Source: an uncultured bacterium (GTDB lineage Bacteria > Acidobacteriota > HRBIN11 > JAKEFK01). Taken from it: 64,000 bases of DNA. This document shows, piece after piece, positions 21,167 through 30,242 of this stretch (positions are counted from its first letter, which is position 1; the number at the start of each line of letters is the position of its first letter). The notes under the pieces were generated by a model, which was given only the letters and a program-made list of their open reading frames with translations, did no database searches and was not told the DNA's origin. The translations under genes and the position numbers were made by a program. Location: NCBI GenBank assembly GCA_963777505.1, contig CAVZQN010000008.1, positions 32,001 through 96,000 on the forward strand, given 5' to 3'.

Positions 21167-21517
21167 TTACGTTTTTTCTATCGTTTGATCCATTGTCTCA
21201 AATGCACGTCTCAAATGCGGAATTACAATTGAACCTCCGACAATTAGCGCGACATTAAACACTTCGATCATCTCATTTCTGTTTACCTTTTCTTCAGCAC
21301 AGCGGACGATGTGATACGTGATGCAATCATCGCATCGCAATACCATACTCGCGACAAGTCCAAGCATTTCTTTTGTTTTAGAATCCAGAGCACCTTCCTG
21401 ATACGCCTGAGTATCCAGATTAAAAAATCTCTTAATGCCAAGATGTTCAGATCCTAAAATGGATTCGTTCATCTTTTCACGGTATTTGCGAAACTCTTCC
21501 AATTCTTTTGCATTCAT
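21167..21517 (-). CDS. Carboxymuconolactone decarboxylase/AhpD-like protein
   Basis: GALDSKTKEMLGLVASMVLRCDDCITYH. Confidence 0.88.
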   Translation of the reverse strand: MNAKELEEFRKYREKMNESILGSEHLGIKRFFNLDTQAYQEGALDSKTKEMLGLVASMVLRCDDCITYHIVRCAEEKVNRNEMIEVFNVALIVGGSIVIPHLRRAFETMDQTIEKT

Positions 21518-21543
21518 AATTTCTCCTATATTCTTGTGAAAGC

Positions 21544-21639
21544 TTGTAGTAAGGCACGCAGTCGCCGAAGGCGACAGTGCCGTGAGCTTTATTCTAACGG
21601 CACTGCCTCGCATTCGCTCGGCTGCGTGCCTCACTACAA
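21544..21639. repeat. REPIN-like doublet (GTAGTAAGGCAC family)
   Basis: ttgtagtaaggcacgcag...cagtgccgt / acggcactg...ctgcgtgcctcactacaa. Confidence 0.8.
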
Positions 21640-21650
21640 AACTATTCATT

Positions 21651-22328
21651 ATGACCTTGAAAGAATTGAATGCGAAGATTGTAAGCTGTTATCAATGTCC
21701 GAGGCTGGTTGTCTACCGTGAAGAAATTGCAAAGAACCCGCCGCTACGTCATCGTGGCGAGAAATATTGGGCGAAGCCTCTTCCAGGATTTGGCGATCCG
21801 GATGCTCAAATTTATATTGTCGGGCTCGCACCTGCAGCTAATGGAGGAAATCGAACTGGCCGCATATTCACAGGAGATCGAAGCGGCGATTGGCTCTTTG
21901 GAACACTCTACGAATGCGGACTGGCAAATCAACCACAATCAATCCATCGGAATGATGGACTTCAGTTATTCAATGTCTACATCGGAGCGGCAGTACGATG
22001 TGCGCCGCCTGATAACAAACCGCTTCTGAGTGAATTCGCAAATTGCCACCCATACCTGGTACAGGAAATAAACTTACTGTCACGTGTGAAGGTGATTGTT
22101 GCGCTTGGATCGATCGCGTACAACGCAATTAAAAAAGTGTATAAGTTGAATGCGGAATACAAGAAGTTTAAGTTTCCACCATTTGGTCACGGCCAACAAG
22201 TGAAATTAGCTGATGGCCGGTTTTTGATTTGCTCTTATCATCCAAGCCAGCAAAATACTTTTACAGGAAAACTAACCCGGCCAATGTTCCAGAAGATTTT
22301 CTTAACCGCAAAGACGCTAAGCTCTTAA
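21651..22328 (+). CDS. Uracil-DNA glycosylase, family 5 (UdgB-like, Fe-S)
   Basis: CYQCPRL, GLAPAANGGNRTGR, RCAPPDNKP, YHPSQQN. Confidence 0.9.
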   Translation: MTLKELNAKIVSCYQCPRLVVYREEIAKNPPLRHRGEKYWAKPLPGFGDPDAQIYIVGLAPAANGGNRTGRIFTGDRSGDWLFGTLYECGLANQPQSIHRNDGLQLFNVYIGAAVRCAPPDNKPLLSEFANCHPYLVQEINLLSRVKVIVALGSIAYNAIKKVYKLNAEYKKFKFPPFGHGQQVKLADGRFLICSYHPSQQNTFTGKLTRPMFQKIFLTAKTLSS

Positions 22329-22916
22329 GTCAACACGCTGACAGCGAAGAGAGTGATCGGTTATTTTTCCGAATTCACTTGTGTTGACCAAAGGCACATC
22401 TGTGTAGCGCTTCTCTTTCAGATCATACACTTCGCATGTATTAAATGGCCGAGAGTAAACGTGAAGTGAAATTGCTTTTGATTGGAACGAAGGAAGATTT
22501 AGAACTTGATGGATCGGTTCCTCGGGATCAACTTCGGTAGGATTGGTTGGATTTATTTCGATCTGACCACTCGAACGAAGTTCACAAAATCCCGACGAAG
22601 GATCCTTTTTGATCAGACTGAAATTGTGAACTTGCAAACGGCCATATGGAATAGCCATCCAACAATTTTGATCGCGATGGTTATGAATCGCGCTTTTTTG
22701 TCCGACTTCCCAGCAAACAGCAATCAGTTCAAATAAGTCCGTTTTAAGAATTAGATTGCGCGTATAGTGTTCTTCCGAAAACCAGAGATACGGTGTAAGG
22801 GACGACGCATCGACAACGTTTTCTCGTACGAATCTTAAAACGCGATCATGTGTAAATTCAGCAACTGGAATTGCTGCTATTTCATCTGCAAATTTTTGAA
22901 TAGGAATTTGGGGCAT
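22317..22916 (-). CDS. Cysteine dioxygenase family protein
   Basis: HYTRNL, SAIHNH, IHQV, SLHVYS. Confidence 0.88.
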   Translation of the reverse strand: MPQIPIQKFADEIAAIPVAEFTHDRVLRFVRENVVDASSLTPYLWFSEEHYTRNLILKTDLFELIAVCWEVGQKSAIHNHRDQNCWMAIPYGRLQVHNFSLIKKDPSSGFCELRSSGQIEINPTNPTEVDPEEPIHQVLNLPSFQSKAISLHVYSRPFNTCEVYDLKEKRYTDVPLVNTSEFGKITDHSLRCQRVDLRA

Positions 22917-22927
22917 TTTTTACCACA

Positions 22928-22953
22928 CGGGCGGGTCTTAGACCCGCCCCTAC
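22928..22953. repeat. REP-like palindrome (GTAGGGGCGG family)
   Basis: cgggcgggtcttagacccgcccctac. Confidence 0.8.
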
Positions 22954-24320
22954 TACATATTTGCGACGTTTGAGAAGTATTTTACAAATGTCTTCATTCC
23001 ACCGGAAGCTTGACCCCAATCGAAATTCTCATTCGGAGCATGGTAGCCATGTTCTGGCAATGACAATCCAATAAAAATGATGGGCACTTTCAGATGTTTT
23101 TGCATGGTTACGACGGCACCGATTGATCCACCTTCGCGAATGAAAGCCGGTGATTTTCCGAAGCCAAAATTAAGTGCATCTCTGGCGGCATCGGCATAAG
23201 CGCCTGTAAATGGTCCGAGATAGGGACTGAGCATTCCGTCCATTCTAAGCTTAACGTCCGGATTTATCTTCTTAACTTGCTTTTCTACAAGTTTGAGAAT
23301 CTTTTCAGGTTTTTGATTTGGAACCAACCGGCAGCTGAACTTTAATTCGGCACGTGGAGGTACAACCGTTTTTACGCCAGGTCCGGTATAACCACCCACA
23401 AGACCATGAACTTCGAAAGTAGGTAACGTCCATACGCGTTTTAAAACGTCGGATGCCGTTTTGACACGGAGGCTTTTGAATCCATAAACGGTTTGCCATT
23501 TCTTCAAATTAAAACCAGAAGCTAAAAAGTTATCCATTTCATGTTTACTAACAGCTTTTACATCTTGATAAAAGCCTGGGATTTTTACCTTACCGGTTTT
23601 CGCATCATAAAGCTGGCTCACAAGCTGCATCAATTCACCTATCGGATTTCGGGCAGCACCGCCAGTAACTCCGGAGTGTGCATCTTTTGATCCAGTTTCC
23701 AAAGTCAAAACAGCAGTGAACATGCCTCTCAAACCATAGGGCATTGCTGGCTTTTCACGTGAGATCCAAATCGTATCGGAAACAAGTACAGAATCTGTTT
23801 GTAAGGAAGATGCATGCTTCTTCATGAATTCTTCAAAATGAGGACTGCCAATTTCTTCTTCAAGCTCCCAAATGAAGTTAATGTTCAATGGAATTCCATT
23901 TTCCATTGCATAGCGAGCAGCAAATAAAGCGGTTAAAGCAGGACCTTTATCATCAGTTGCTCCACGCCCGAGATACTTCCCATCATCTTTCACAAAAACA
24001 AATGGTGCACGTGTCCATTCAGGTTCTTGTGCAGGCTGTACATCGATATGGTTATAAATCGTTAAGGTTCGCTTTGCTCCAGGCGTTTTGAAACGTCCTA
24101 CAACAACTGGATTGCCCGATGTGGAATGAATTTCGGCCTGGCCTCCAAAGTCTTTTAAATATTGAGCTGCCAGTTCTGCCCCTCTTCCTATATCTTCTTT
24201 CCGGGCGGGATCCATGCTTACGGTTGGAATTTCAACAAGATCACCAAGCATGTCTTCGTATCGGTCACGATTTTCTGCAATATATGTATCAATGGAATTC
24301 AAATTCTTCGGCGCTGCCAT
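22953..24320 (-). CDS. M20 family dipeptidase
   Basis: [28 protein letters not shown]. Confidence 0.92.
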   Translation of the reverse strand: MAAPKNLNSIDTYIAENRDRYEDMLGDLVEIPTVSMDPARKEDIGRGAELAAQYLKDFGGQAEIHSTSGNPVVVGRFKTPGAKRTLTIYNHIDVQPAQEPEWTRAPFVFVKDDGKYLGRGATDDKGPALTALFAARYAMENGIPLNINFIWELEEEIGSPHFEEFMKKHASSLQTDSVLVSDTIWISREKPAMPYGLRGMFTAVLTLETGSKDAHSGVTGGAARNPIGELMQLVSQLYDAKTGKVKIPGFYQDVKAVSKHEMDNFLASGFNLKKWQTVYGFKSLRVKTASDVLKRVWTLPTFEVHGLVGGYTGPGVKTVVPPRAELKFSCRLVPNQKPEKILKLVEKQVKKINPDVKLRMDGMLSPYLGPFTGAYADAARDALNFGFGKSPAFIREGGSIGAVVTMQKHLKVPIIFIGLSLPEHGYHAPNENFDWGQASGGMKTFVKYFSNVANM

Positions 24321-24425
24321 ACCGTTTCACTCCTTATTTTCTTTTATACCTGTGCGGCGAAAGTTTTAATCATTGCATGCAGCAGGCATGCATGCAAGTA
24401 CGTTTAGTACAGAGGCAAGGATCAG

Positions 24426-25067
24426 TTAATAAATATGTGGAATCAACCGGAACGACTTTTGAGTGTATTCCTGATATACACTTCCAAAATACTTAAAAAG
24501 TAGTTTCTCTTCAAGTGACATTCGATGAATCAGAATGGCTGAATAAATAAAAACAAATGCGAGACCAAACCAGGTTGAAAACACAAGAAACATTCCTATA
24601 ACAGCCAGAATTGTACCTAAATAAACAGGATGCCGGATCAGGGAATAAATTCCACTGGTAATGAGCTGATGATGCTCCTGGATCGTAACCAAATAACTGA
24701 ACTGTTTGCGAAGTGTTCGCGCTGCTATTGTCCGGATCCAATAACCGGACAAGAAAATCGCAACACCGATATATTTCATTGATTCAGCTAGGGGAATTCT
24801 GCCTAAATCATGTCCTGCAAAATAGGGGAGTAAAAATCCAAGTCCAACAGTGCTCAGCAGCGCCAGAAAGAAGAATTGTAAGCTCGACTCCCCGCGCTCT
24901 TTTCCATACTTTAATGCACTGCTTTTTGGTTGAGGCACAACAAATGGAGCAATTAATGCGCTGGCTGCTATGATGACGTGCGGAATGTGCCGGAAAAAGT
25001 CCAATGAGCCCCAGCCCGCAAGCATAAATGCCACAAACAGAATCGATCCGGATATTGTACGAATCAT
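24426..25067 (-). CDS. Isoprenylcysteine carboxylmethyltransferase family membrane protein
   Basis: GIYSLIRHPVYLG, EEKLL...FG..Y..Y. Confidence 0.88.
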   Translation of the reverse strand: MIRTISGSILFVAFMLAGWGSLDFFRHIPHVIIAASALIAPFVVPQPKSSALKYGKERGESSLQFFFLALLSTVGLGFLLPYFAGHDLGRIPLAESMKYIGVAIFLSGYWIRTIAARTLRKQFSYLVTIQEHHQLITSGIYSLIRHPVYLGTILAVIGMFLVFSTWFGLAFVFIYSAILIHRMSLEEKLLFKYFGSVYQEYTQKSFRLIPHIY

Positions 25068-25141
25068 ACGAAGTTAATTATATGTGGGATGAGTGAACTT
25101 TCTTCAATGTGGTGGGCTAATCAGTTCGCCAAAAATAATAT

Positions 25142-25247
25142 GACCGCAGGGACCTTGAGGGGGGAGGTATAAGGGCAAAACATCTGGGGTCAATAACAAG
25201 CACCTCCAGACCCTTTTAACAACAATAATTGCAGGTCACCTGCGGTT
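25142..25247 (-). ncRNA. Candidate structured ncRNA (rod with central bubble)
   Basis: Terminal helix ACCGCAGG-GACCU / AGGUC-CCUGCGGU begins at the predicted +1 of a consensus promoter. Confidence 0.55.
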
Positions 25248-25253
25248 CTTCGT

Positions 25254-25283
25254 ATTATATGCACTCTTGTCAATCCATGTCAA
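25254..25283 (-). promoter_or_regulatory. Consensus sigma70 promoter
   Basis: TTGACA-N18-TATAAT. Confidence 0.75.
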
Positions 25284-25365
25284 ACAAAAATGAGAATTGT
25301 CCAATAAGTCTTCATGCTACTATGAATTAGCTTGAAATAGAGACGAGGACGGCGCGCAAAAACCT

Positions 25366-26046
25366 ATGCTACTTTCGATCATTATTCCTGTATATAACGA
25401 AGCCAAAACTTTCCGCTCAGTATTGGACCGCGTACTTTCAACTCCGTATGAGAAGCAAATTATTGTAGTGGATGACGGATCATCGGATGGAACTCGGGCG
25501 GAAATTGAAAAAGTGACCGAGCCTAACGTGGTAAAGCTTTTCCATGAAAAAAATATGGGAAAAGGGAAAGCAATCCAAACTGGATGGAGTCATGCAAACG
25601 GGGATGTAATTCTAATCCAGGATGCCGATACCGAATATGATCCTGCCGATTATGGAGTGCTCCTGCAACCAATCATAGAAGGTAGAGCGGATGTCGTATT
25701 CGGCTCTCGTTTTGTCGGCTATCCGCGGCGTGTTCTGTATTTTTGGCATTCTTTTGGAAATAAAGTCCTCACTTTGCTCGCGAATATGCTAAACGATATC
25801 AACCTGAGCGATATGGAAACCGGCTATAAAGCTTTTACGCGTGAAGTACGTGATGCAATCAAAGTACAATCCAAGAGGTTTGGATTTGAGCCGGAGTTTA
25901 CGGCAAAAGTAGCAAAGAAACATTTCCGCATTTACGAAGTACCAATTTCATATCATGGCCGTGGATACAAGGAAGGGAAAAAGATTACGTGGCGTGATGG
26001 TATTGCCGCATTCTACTGGATCGTTCGTTACCGTTTTTTTGATTAA
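25366..26046 (+). CDS. Glycosyltransferase family 2 (DPM1-like)
   Basis: IPVYNE, VDDGSSDGT, QDADTEY, DMETGYK. Confidence 0.92.
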   Translation: MLLSIIIPVYNEAKTFRSVLDRVLSTPYEKQIIVVDDGSSDGTRAEIEKVTEPNVVKLFHEKNMGKGKAIQTGWSHANGDVILIQDADTEYDPADYGVLLQPIIEGRADVVFGSRFVGYPRRVLYFWHSFGNKVLTLLANMLNDINLSDMETGYKAFTREVRDAIKVQSKRFGFEPEFTAKVAKKHFRIYEVPISYHGRGYKEGKKITWRDGIAAFYWIVRYRFFD

Positions 26047-26047
26047 A

Positions 26048-26119
26048 GTAGGGGCGGGTCTAAGACCCGCCCGCGTATCAAAACAAAATTAAACGGGCGG
26101 GTCTTAGACCCGCCCCTAC
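26048..26119. repeat. REPIN-like doublet (GTAGGGGCGG family)
   Basis: gtaggggcgggtctaagacccgcccg ... cgggcgggtcttagacccgcccctac in inverted orientation. Confidence 0.85.
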
Positions 26120-26128
26120 TAAAAAAAT

Positions 26129-26845
26129 ATGAAGCCCGAATACTTAAATACTGAAACGCAAGAAGCAATTTATGAAAGCCTTGAGACGTTAAGTCAAACG
26201 TCGGAATATTACAATTGGCTTTGCAAAAAGATGAGCCGTTTTATCCGCGGAAAAACTCTTGAACTCGGCTCAGGAATCGGCACCTTTGGTCAATGGGCAA
26301 GAAAATTCGCGACTGAATATCACGCAACAGATGTAGATCCCCATCTTGTTGATCGGCTGAAAGAAAATTTTACCAAAGCCTTCCGGTGGGATCTTTATCA
26401 ACCATTTCCTGGTGATGATCTTTATGAAACGGTGATCATTCTGAATGTCATAGAACATTTGAAGGATGATGGAGCCGCAATGCAAGCTCTATATGACCGG
26501 CTGCAGCCTGGTGGACACTTAATCGTTATGGTGCCTGCAATGCGTTTTCTTTATGGATCTATGGATCGCGCATTTGGTCACTACAGGCGTTACCAAAAAC
26601 CAGATATGCAGAAGTTAATGAAAGATGTTCAACTTGATGTTGTAGAAAATCGATATGTAAATACGATCGGAATGGCCGGGTGGTTTTTATACGGCCGGAT
26701 TCTCAAACATCAACAGTTGCCACAACAACTCTGTGGCCGATTCAACATGGTTTTACCTTTGCTTAAATTAGAAGGCCCGCTGGCTTATTTTGCAGGATTA
26801 TCCTTGATTTGCGTTGGAAGGAAATGTACACCGAAACAGAAATAA
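26129..26845 (+). CDS. Class I SAM-dependent methyltransferase
   Basis: LELGSGIG, NVIEH, GHYRRY. Confidence 0.88.
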   Translation: MKPEYLNTETQEAIYESLETLSQTSEYYNWLCKKMSRFIRGKTLELGSGIGTFGQWARKFATEYHATDVDPHLVDRLKENFTKAFRWDLYQPFPGDDLYETVIILNVIEHLKDDGAAMQALYDRLQPGGHLIVMVPAMRFLYGSMDRAFGHYRRYQKPDMQKLMKDVQLDVVENRYVNTIGMAGWFLYGRILKHQQLPQQLCGRFNMVLPLLKLEGPLAYFAGLSLICVGRKCTPKQK

Positions 26846-27405
26846 AATTGGCGATTCAAGATTTGAATCGCGCACACCAGCAATTACTGACTCTGAATGC
26901 GCGTATAAAACAAGACCGTCATTTTGAAGACAATCGAGTCATGGATACGCCTGATCAGCAAATACGAGCAAGCGGTTGTCTTTTCAGAGTTCGTGTTATC
27001 AAACCGCTCGATGATGAAACATGCAGAAGAATTCCTGCAATCCTGACATTTAAAGGAAAAACAGACATCTCCGACGGAGTAAAAAATCGTGAGGAGACCG
27101 AATGCACAATCGATCCACCGGAAAATTTTCTACACATTTTGGAGCAGCTGGGTTACGTTTTGAAATTTCGTTACCAGAAATATCGGACCGTGTATGAGTT
27201 TGATCAAAAACAAATCCATGTTTGTATCGATGAAGCTCCGATAGGAAATTTTTTTGAACTAGAAGGCCCTGCCAGTGAGATTCACGATATTGCAGAAAAA
27301 CTAGGCTACAGCCGTGCGGATTACATCACAGACAGTTATGGTGGTCTCTATTATCGATGGTGCCAGGAAAAGGGCGTTGAACCTTCACACATGGTCTTTT
27401 CATGA
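26824..27405 (+). CDS. CYTH / class IV adenylate cyclase family
   Basis: ETEIK, LTFKG, REETE, YQKYR, FFELEG. Confidence 0.88.
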   Translation: MYTETEIKLAIQDLNRAHQQLLTLNARIKQDRHFEDNRVMDTPDQQIRASGCLFRVRVIKPLDDETCRRIPAILTFKGKTDISDGVKNREETECTIDPPENFLHILEQLGYVLKFRYQKYRTVYEFDQKQIHVCIDEAPIGNFFELEGPASEIHDIAEKLGYSRADYITDSYGGLYYRWCQEKGVEPSHMVFS

Positions 27406-28304
27406 AGGCTTTGCTTCTTGCCGCAGGTTTAGGGACGCGGCTGAAACCATTTACGCTTTCTCAAGCTAAAGCAAGCATTCCGTTCCTGAATGTTCCCATG
27501 ATTCACTATCCACTTCAGTATTTATTTGCGAATCAAATTGATGAAACAATCATCAATCTTCATGCTCATCCGGAATCCGTTCAAAATGCTGCTGGAAATG
27601 AATATCGTGGAATGCAACTTCACTATTCGCATGAATCCGCAATTTTAGGAACAGCAGGCGCGATGGCTAAAGCATCTTCCTTTCTTGATTCCGGACCCTT
27701 TGCTGTCATGAATAGCGATATGATTTGTGATGCTCCGTTAAATCGCGTCGTTGAACATCACAATCAGTCTGGAAATCTTGTGACTCTCGTTGTGATGCCA
27801 ACAGAATTTTCGGGCTACAATCCTCTTTTCTATAATCCTGAAACTTTGAAACTAACAGCAGAGAGCGTTGGCTCAAAGTGTCACTATACAGGCTTGCAGA
27901 TTGTCGATCGTGCCGTGATCGAAAACATTCCGGCCGATCGCAAAACGGAAATTTTCCGAGATACATATCCTCAGCTCATCGCTCAAAATCGCGTTGGAGG
28001 ATTCTTGTATGACGGCTTATGGTTTGGGATCGGGACACTGCAAGAATTTTTGAATGCCAGTTTAGAAGTCGTAAAATCGCCGCTTCCGGATCATCTTTCA
28101 CCGGCTCAAATGCAGGCATCACTGATTTCAAATAATGCGAAACTAGAATCAGAATCCGATGTGTCTGATACCATACTGATGAATGGAGCCGTTGTAAGAA
28201 AAGGTGTGAAATTGGAGCGATGCATTGTAGGACCCGAAAGGCATGTTAAAGAAGATTACAAAAATGCGGCGTTAGCTCGCGGAATTTTACCCTGGTATTT
28301 TTAA
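27402..28304 (+). CDS. Nucleotidyltransferase (NDP-sugar synthase / MurU-like)
   Basis: LLAAGLGTRLKP, LGTAG, NSD; adjacent to the AmgK-like kinase. Confidence 0.82.
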   Translation: MKALLLAAGLGTRLKPFTLSQAKASIPFLNVPMIHYPLQYLFANQIDETIINLHAHPESVQNAAGNEYRGMQLHYSHESAILGTAGAMAKASSFLDSGPFAVMNSDMICDAPLNRVVEHHNQSGNLVTLVVMPTEFSGYNPLFYNPETLKLTAESVGSKCHYTGLQIVDRAVIENIPADRKTEIFRDTYPQLIAQNRVGGFLYDGLWFGIGTLQEFLNASLEVVKSPLPDHLSPAQMQASLISNNAKLESESDVSDTILMNGAVVRKGVKLERCIVGPERHVKEDYKNAALARGILPWYF

Positions 28305-28517
28305 GTTTGTGGTAAGGTACTCAGTTCGTACGCATTTATTGCGGACGAACAGTACCGTAAATCAGGATGTTGTTGCTAATTGCTGGATGCTAGATACGTT
28401 CAAAGACCTTGTGTAAGACCGATACGTGGAAACGTGCCAAGCATCCAGTATCTAGTATCAAGCATCAAGCTCACGGCACTGCCTCGCATTCGCTCGGCTG
28501 CGTGCCTTACTACAAAC
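28305..28517. repeat. Composite REPIN-like element with nested 7-mer inverted repeats
   Basis: gtttgtggtaaggtac ... gtgccttactacaaac arms; internal tgctggatgctagatac / gcatccagtatctagtatcaagca. Confidence 0.75.
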
Positions 28518-28528
28518 CTTTATTAAAA

Positions 28529-29500
28529 ATGAATTACAAAGATTTACTGTCATTCAATCTCCCTGAAGAAGCTCCTGAAGGTTTTGTGTTCAATCAACTA
28601 ACTGGAGATGCTTCAACGCGTTCGTATTTCAGGATTACTGAGCCCTCAGGCAAAACAGTCATGTTAATGAAAATGCCTGAGCCTTTCGACGAAAATGAAT
28701 TTCCCTATTTGTGGAATTATGAATTGTTCCGATCAATTGGGGTTCGATTAGCTCCCATTTTAGAAATGAACCCAAAACGCGGTTTTGTTTTATTGGAAGA
28801 TCTCGGCGACAACACTTTTTACGAATTGTATTCGCAGTGGAATGAGCGCGAACGATTTTTTCACCTCTTCAAAGCGCTTGAATACCAGGCATTGATTGAA
28901 AAAGTCATCCCCAAAAACCAATTGGCATTTGATACCGAAAAGCTAATGTGGGAATTGAATTACTTCCTTAAACATTTCCTGATTGGCTTTCGAGGTGCTG
29001 AGCTTTCAAACAATGATCGAGAAGAACTGGATCAAATTTTTCAAAGACTCGCTGGTGAACTCGCAGAGCGTCCACGATATTTTTGTCATCGTGATTATCA
29101 TTCACGAAATTTCATGGTGTATCAGCAAGCCGTTTATGTAATCGACTTCCAGGATGCCAGATATGGCCCAGCCACTTATGACCTCGCGTCTCTTTGCTAT
29201 GATTCCTACCTTCAACATTCAACGGCTTTGATTCAAAACCTGGAGCAAGCCTTTTTTATCCGGCATCCGGACAGTGAAACTCAGCGGTATGAGTATCCAC
29301 GTATGTGCTTGCAAAGGAATCTGAAGGCTCTCGGGACTTTCGGCTATCAAAATGTAGTGATGGGTCGTTCTTTCTATACTCAATTTGTTCCTCCGACTCT
29401 CGAATACGTTCAGAAGCATCTGACGAGATTACCGGAGTATGCCGATTTGAGTACCATCCTGTCACGATATCTCCCCGAGTTCCGGACAGAATCAACCTAG
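28529..29500 (+). CDS. APH-family phosphotransferase, AmgK-like MurNAc/GlcNAc kinase
   Basis: GDASTRSYFR, LLEDLGD, HRDYHSRN, IDFQDA, YDLASL, QRNLKALGTF. Confidence 0.88.
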   Translation: MNYKDLLSFNLPEEAPEGFVFNQLTGDASTRSYFRITEPSGKTVMLMKMPEPFDENEFPYLWNYELFRSIGVRLAPILEMNPKRGFVLLEDLGDNTFYELYSQWNERERFFHLFKALEYQALIEKVIPKNQLAFDTEKLMWELNYFLKHFLIGFRGAELSNNDREELDQIFQRLAGELAERPRYFCHRDYHSRNFMVYQQAVYVIDFQDARYGPATYDLASLCYDSYLQHSTALIQNLEQAFFIRHPDSETQRYEYPRMCLQRNLKALGTFGYQNVVMGRSFYTQFVPPTLEYVQKHLTRLPEYADLSTILSRYLPEFRTEST

Positions 29501-29544
29501 CTTATAACACTGGCGAAACTGGGGAGCTGGTTCGCGCTTCGGTG

Positions 29545-29994
29545 CTACTGTTTCGCCAGCAGGTTGGAGCTCCACATATCCCGATAACGTCTCCAGCCAT
29601 CAGTTCCTTTTTTCCAAACTGCGAGGTATTTGCCGCTGTCCGTAACTTTGCCGGAGGAATCAAGAATCGTGTATTTCCCAACTTCACATCCTAAATTTCC
29701 ATTACTTTCGGTTTCAACAACTTCTACTTTTGCGGTCTTGCCGGAATCCATAATTGTTTTCCAAAAAGACCGAATTCCATCTCTGCCTCTCACCCATTCG
29801 TGATTAGGGGGAAATGCAATCGCGTCTGTCACGTAAAAATCACCAACAGTATTCCAATCCTTTGCTGCGACTGCTGCGTTAAAACCTTTGGCAGTGGTTG
29901 TAACTGCAGTTTTGAATTCGTCGGTAGCGACAGCAACATTAAGCAGTGTCATGCAAAAAAGAAAAACAAAAAATGTGAAAATAATTCGTTTCAT
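29545..29994 (-). CDS. Secreted DUF4440 / NTF2-like (SnoaL-like) protein
   Basis: Signal peptide; FYVTDA, GRDGI, GKYLAVWKK..DGW. Confidence 0.85.
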   Translation of the reverse strand: MKRIIFTFFVFLFCMTLLNVAVATDEFKTAVTTTAKGFNAAVAAKDWNTVGDFYVTDAIAFPPNHEWVRGRDGIRSFWKTIMDSGKTAKVEVVETESNGNLGCEVGKYTILDSSGKVTDSGKYLAVWKKGTDGWRRYRDMWSSNLLAKQ

Positions 29995-30096
29995 AATTCA
30001 ATCTCCTTTTCTTTTCGTGCCGGAAAGATATCATGGGCATGTTTCAGGTATGTTTCGAGCGCAATATGAAGCAGGATACTCAAATTCGTCGGCAGC

Positions 30097-30171
30097 CATC
30101 TCGTGAGATTGCCTGAATTCGCTGATTTGAGTACAATCCTTTCCCGACATCTTCCCGAACTCCGGCCGTGA
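30097..30171 (+). pseudogene. Orphan duplicate of the amgK-like 3' end
   Basis: Encodes HLVRLPEFADLSTILSRHLPELRP*, versus HLTRLPEYADLSTILSRYLPEFR at 29417-29485. Confidence 0.8.
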
Positions 30172-30242
30172 ACCTGTCACTTAATTTCCTGGCGACATGG
30201 CGTCTTGGCGGTTGAGCTAAGTAAAATTATTCTTGAGGCATC

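Noticed and set aside
28409-28528. N-terminal extensions in the ORF track (amgK-like, selB, UDG, CMD)
   Set aside because: The extensions translate REP sequence; true starts are downstream
29417-30165. DGR template/variable repeat pair
   Set aside because: Mismatches are not adenine-specific and are mostly synonymous; no reverse transcriptase in the window
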